In this document: one piece after another, positions 59,401 through 64,000 of the stretch | Numbering within the stretch: the first letter of the stretch is position 1 | Layout: the number at the start of each line of letters is the position of its first letter | Origin: Thalia democratica | Taxonomy: Eukaryota | DNA: 64,000 bases | Direction of reading: 5' to 3' | Assembly: GCA_965202585.1 (NCBI GenBank) | Contig: OZ241830.1 | Location: 29,636,001 to 29,700,000 of the forward strand | Notes under the pieces: model-generated | Told to the model about the DNA's origin: nothing | Seen by the model: only the letters and a program-made list of their open reading frames with translations | Database searches by the model: none | Made by a program: the position numbers and the translations under genes

Positions 59401-61519
59401 ATAAATGTGGAGAGCTCTGTAAAAAAAATCATTTATATTAAGAGAAATTGCTTAATCTTAGTAATATTGCTTTGAATAAACAACTAAAGCTCCTTGAAAA
59501 TGTTTGTTAGCAATCACCTTTTTCCTAAATGTAATTCAACGAAAAGATTAGTTTAAAAGTAAAACAGTACAAAATTAGCAGAGTGAAAACTGTTATCTGA
59601 ACAAATACTTTATTTACAAGTTAAGTTAAACATAAAGCTATATAAAATTACGATAGAAGCTATTTACAAATGTTTAATGTTTAAACACGTATTAGGTACT
59701 AACTTTTGATAACTTTAACTTTGTAAATAACTTAATGAAAGTAGTTGATATATTTTAAATTTTTATTTGTTATTTAAAATTTTTCCAAAACTAACGCGTT
59801 ATTTGTTTTTAAAGTTTACAACAGTATGACGTTTATCTAAAATATACACATATTAATTTGTAAATTTTTCTTTAAAAGTACCATTAATTTAAATACACAA
59901 TCTTTATATTAGCATAAACGCAAAAATGAGTTAAAACTAAAATCTACGCTCAAAAATATGTTTAAAGTTTAAATTGCAAGCGTGCAAACCAAAATGAAAA
60001 ACCAACCAACCTTTAGCCTGAACGTTTTCCTTGCTGAAATTCCTTTTCGGCTTTAAGCAGCGGTAATTTGTGTAGCGTTCAATTTTTATGCATTAACGCA
60101 ACGGATAATGAGAAATTTGGTGGACTACATAGGTTCAACCGGGTGCCAATACACATTAGAGAGAGAGGAGAGATTTTTCCTTGCGGTAGGAATTTTCAGG
60201 TCTGAGCCGGCCGCCTCCGGTATATTGCACGCATGAGTGGTTTCAAAAGTTTGGAAGACAATGGAACGGCTTTAAAATTGGTTTTTGTGGATGTTTTATG
60301 CAATGAAAATTTCCTTTGCGAAGCTGCTGCAAAACTGATGATGGGATTTTCGCTAGTAGTTTTGAGGGACCGGTGCCGAAGGTTTCCTTAATAGATTAAG
60401 TAGACTTTATTGGGACGAATTACAAACAGTATTCTTTCTTATCTTTTTATATGAATATAAGTATGTCCACAAATACTTTGAACTTTCAAGTTAAAAAGGA
60501 ATATTTTTGTTGTCTAGAGTATATAATATGTTTTTTTTTTGTAATAACCATACATTATAAGTTGAATTTACTGTTAATATAGTATACCAACTGTAGTTTT
60601 GTTAATAAAAAAAATTTCAAGTTTAAAGTTCTAGCACTGACAAGTAATTTAGCCCAAAAACTTGCTGTGCATGAAAATGTAGTGATTGCATAACCGTCGA
60701 AATGTCTCTTAATCAGAAACGCCCATTGCAGATAATATTGTAAATACAAAAATCAAATGGGATAGAGTTGATATGTATAAAGCTTTATACTTATATATAT
60801 GTTAAAAAAATAATTCTTAAAAGTTTTACCTTAGAATAAGAATACATAAGTGTGAACTCAAAAAAACAGCGGTGTCTAAATCGCCACAATTATTTGATGC
60901 CACATTTTAAAAGGGCGCATCTTTATATGAAAAGTTAAAATAAAACTGTTGTTTAGTAGACATCTCCCGTTTTAAAGACTATTCAAAGTTAAATGTTAAT
61001 ACTTTGAAAACTCAAGTTAGAAAATTAGCTTCGATGGTCTTATACTTTTTTAATGTTGAAAAAAACTGTAAATGTTTAATTTTGTTAAAAACTCTTACTA
61101 ACACTTAAAGCTTAAAAACGTTAACTGAACTTTATTTGAAACAAATTAAGTTGTAATAAGCTTGTTTAGCTGTTACAGTTGATAGTAAAATGTCCAAGTA
61201 AACAGTATTTCAAGCTATGTTACTAAGATAGAAACCAACTTTTTAAAAACAGTATTTTTCGTAAGTTATTTAATATTGCATAACACGAAGACAAACTAGC
61301 TTCTTATCAAAAGTACTTCATCAAGTTTAATTTGTATCAACACGAAAAAACTTGACGTACTAAGTTAAAAAAAACTGAGCGCTAAATGTATACTCCTGGC
61401 TCATAAAGCATTCAAATTTACCTAAAAGTGTTAAAAATACTTGCTTAAATGAAGAAACAAATTTTAGTTTTCCTGAACAATTGCATCTAAATTTTTATTT
61501 TTAACAAAACAATTTAACG

Positions 61520-62760
61520 CAACAAATAACACTCACTTGTAAAACCACAAGCTGAATGTAAACCAAATGCCAAACAAACTAACACAAACTGAAATGCACG
61601 CAACTGCCACTTACATAACCGAGAAAAAGTATGCGTTGACAAAAAAAGACACCTTTCTAATAAGCAATAGCCGCGGTAGCCGCTAGAAAAAATCAGCAGC
61701 GGTTCCGAGAATTCCCTGCCAAGTTCGCCGCAACTTCGACTTTCTCCAAGTTGCAAGTGCTCGCAAGTCGTCGAGTGCGGAGAAAAAGCCGCCGGCCGGC
61801 AAGTGAAGTAATCTGCGAGATGTGGGAAAAAATCGCTTATTTCGAATGCCTACAGCGAAACTTTCGGCGTTGAAAAATTCTTGCAAACTTTTTTTTTGTT
61901 TTTTTCCTTGATTTTGCGCGGCGTGGCATCTCGTTGCGTTGTTGAGACGATGACTCACTGTGTTTTCGCTTTCGCTTCGCTGGAGCTTCGAGTGCGCATT
62001 CGATGTTTTCTTAGTGGGGTTGCGATGTTTTAATGACGTAGCTGATTGAGCGGTGGTAAATGGTGTCAGTGGAGTTTGATTGCTTAAACATGTATAAGCG
62101 TTAATTTGTTTTTCTAAACCAGTAAATACATTCTAAACTTACTGAAACATTTTATTTTATTGAAAAGATAAGAAACTAAAATGCCTAAAGTAAAACCTTA
62201 AAAACTAAAAACAAATAAAATGTTCTGATAATTCCGAATCATCGAAACTGAAAATAGTTTTATTGAAAAAAAAAACCCTAAAATGAGCATTTCAAGTTAG
62301 TAGTTTAAAAAAAATCTTCAAAATGAAACATAAACCGTACAAAACACAACCCGAATCTCAAACACTACAAAATTCGAAACCACTGCGCATTCAACTGAAG
62401 TCAATCAACAGACGCGTCTTTATTAATCCGCGCGTTGCTAAGCTCCACTCCGCCGGCTGCTAAGAAACCGGTTCTGCCGGTGGTCACGTCTCAGAGTGCG
62501 TATTCCCTTCTCTCCTGTGCGCGGTTGCCACGCAACAAGATACGCCACGGCCGAGCAGGCATGGCAACGAGTAGAGAGTTTGCACGACAACAATGAGGAG
62601 TGAAGGCGAGATTTTTCACGCTTGAACGAGCGCAATACGCACTGAATAATTCTCTCTCCATTCAGTGGCGATTTGGCTGAATTTTTGTAAACTCGTTTTG
62701 CTGTGTGTGTGCTGTGTGCGGCGGTCTCTGAAAGCAGTTAATTTTTAGCCTCCGTTTCCT
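61520..62760. promoter_or_regulatory. Two CpG-rich islands (candidate distal promoter or first exons)
   Basis: CpG-dense at ~61660-62050 and ~62400-62720. X-box-like GTTGCCACGCAAC at 62524-62536, GCTGCTAAGAAAC at 62456-62468 and ATGGCAAC at 62561. Minus-strand GTGAGT donors at 61536 and 61958. Confidence 0.5.
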
Positions 62761-64000
62761 TTTCGTCTTAATTGTGAAAGATAAGGCAACGACCTTGAAC
62801 TATGCTTGAACAAATAAAACAAAACCATTTTCTTAAATCAAAATAAATAATTTTTTGAATATACAATAAATAAAGTAAAACTGAGTTGTGTGGTTAAACA
62901 CCATTTTTTACCAATGTATTTAGATATAACAATTTTGATGTAGGACACAGAAATTAGTGACTAACTAAAATAATAATTTTAAGCTGAAGTTTTAAAAAGA
63001 AGCAAATAAACACTTTGAGTTTATTAGGTGTTTTTTGTTATATAAAACAACTATCTAAAACAAGTAAAAAAGTAAACGAAATTCAATGAACTAATTAAAC
63101 AAGCCTCTGTTTAATTCAATGCATGAATGTACTACAATGTAACTTGATTGTTATTGTTATTGCAATTGGCTTGTATAGGAAATGATTTAACCGTTTTTTC
63201 CGTGCTTTGCCTAGCAATCAAGCCTACGTCATAGTGATTGTTCCAATGTAACTCGAAATTTACTTGAAAAGTTTCTAGTTTTTTCTAAGTTTTTAATAAG
63301 TTTTAAAGTATATTATAACTGAAACATATTTACCTATATCTTCAAGTTTGAAGTATTAGCCACGCTTATTTTAGACTCGGCTTTATTTAAAGCATAAATT
63401 TTTACGGGGATAAAATGTATTTTTAAAAATAACGTATAAAATAAAAAAGTTCAAGTGATTTTTTATAAATAGTTTTCTCAATTATCCAAACATGAAAAAC
63501 TAAATATCAGCTTACGACTTACTTCTCAAACAGCTTTAAATTTCTTAACAAACATGATAAAACTATATTATTACGTCATCAGAAAGTTGACAGAACTGTG
63601 CTAAAAAGTTTTGCCAAACTTAATAAAAAAAGCCGCATAAAACACGCCTGCCTATGTAACCACTGCCACAGTGTCGCAAAAAGTTCTTAGCAGCTTTCTA
63701 TTTATTCTGTTTTCGAACTTTGCGTTGCGAAAATGTAACCTTTTTATTTCATTGTGTTAAATTTTAACATGTCAAAGCGATTGATACGAACGTAGGTGGG
63801 AATATTTTTTCGAGTTTTTACTTAACTAACCAACCAATGCTGTCGCCTGACTCATGAATTTATTTTCTAACGCTTTCACTCGAAAGTGGAGGATCGGAAA
63901 TCAAAATTGACAGCAGGAAAAAAAAATAAATATGTTTTGAGAACTTTCGTGAGTGGGTGCGAGACGACTTGGATGATTCAATTTGATTTTCATAAACAAA

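Noticed and set aside
62660-62700. AATTTTTG Sm-site-like motif suggesting an snRNA or SL RNA gene
   Set aside because: No flanking stem-loops, donor site or recognisable snRNA sequence.
1-64000. CRISPR arrays, rRNA, tRNA, bacterial operons
   Set aside because: None were seen; the window is spliceosomal-intron-containing animal DNA and its repeats are MITEs, minisatellites and retrozyme units.

Overview
Very AT-rich, intron-containing animal genomic DNA. An invertebrate chordate such as a tunicate is inferred, not proven. No prokaryotic features were seen. (1) 1-888: 3' end of a strongly diverged TFIIA-gamma (GTF2A2-like) gene. (2) About 0.9-37 kb: a repeat-rich accessory block. It holds hAT-type and CAGGGTTGCC-type MITEs, a decayed Penelope-like retroelement, and two loci of a ~335-338 bp tandem repeat carrying type I hammerhead ribozymes (retrozyme-like; one core intact, two mutated). 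It also holds an unrecognised family of intronless ~90-118 aa hydrophobic proteins laid out as a mirror, A(-) B(+) | B'(-) A'(+), each with a splice acceptor just before the ATG. (3) 40,040-51,300: an 11-coding-exon Ikaros-family zinc-finger gene on the minus strand (4 N-terminal plus 2 C-terminal C2H2 fingers, ~831 aa), reconstructed by hand with consistent exon phases. (4) Its introns and ~13 kb of upstream DNA contain GC-richer non-coding islands with repeated RFX X-boxes, CRE palindromes and GTGGGAA sites. All calls were made by eye and none was checked against a database.
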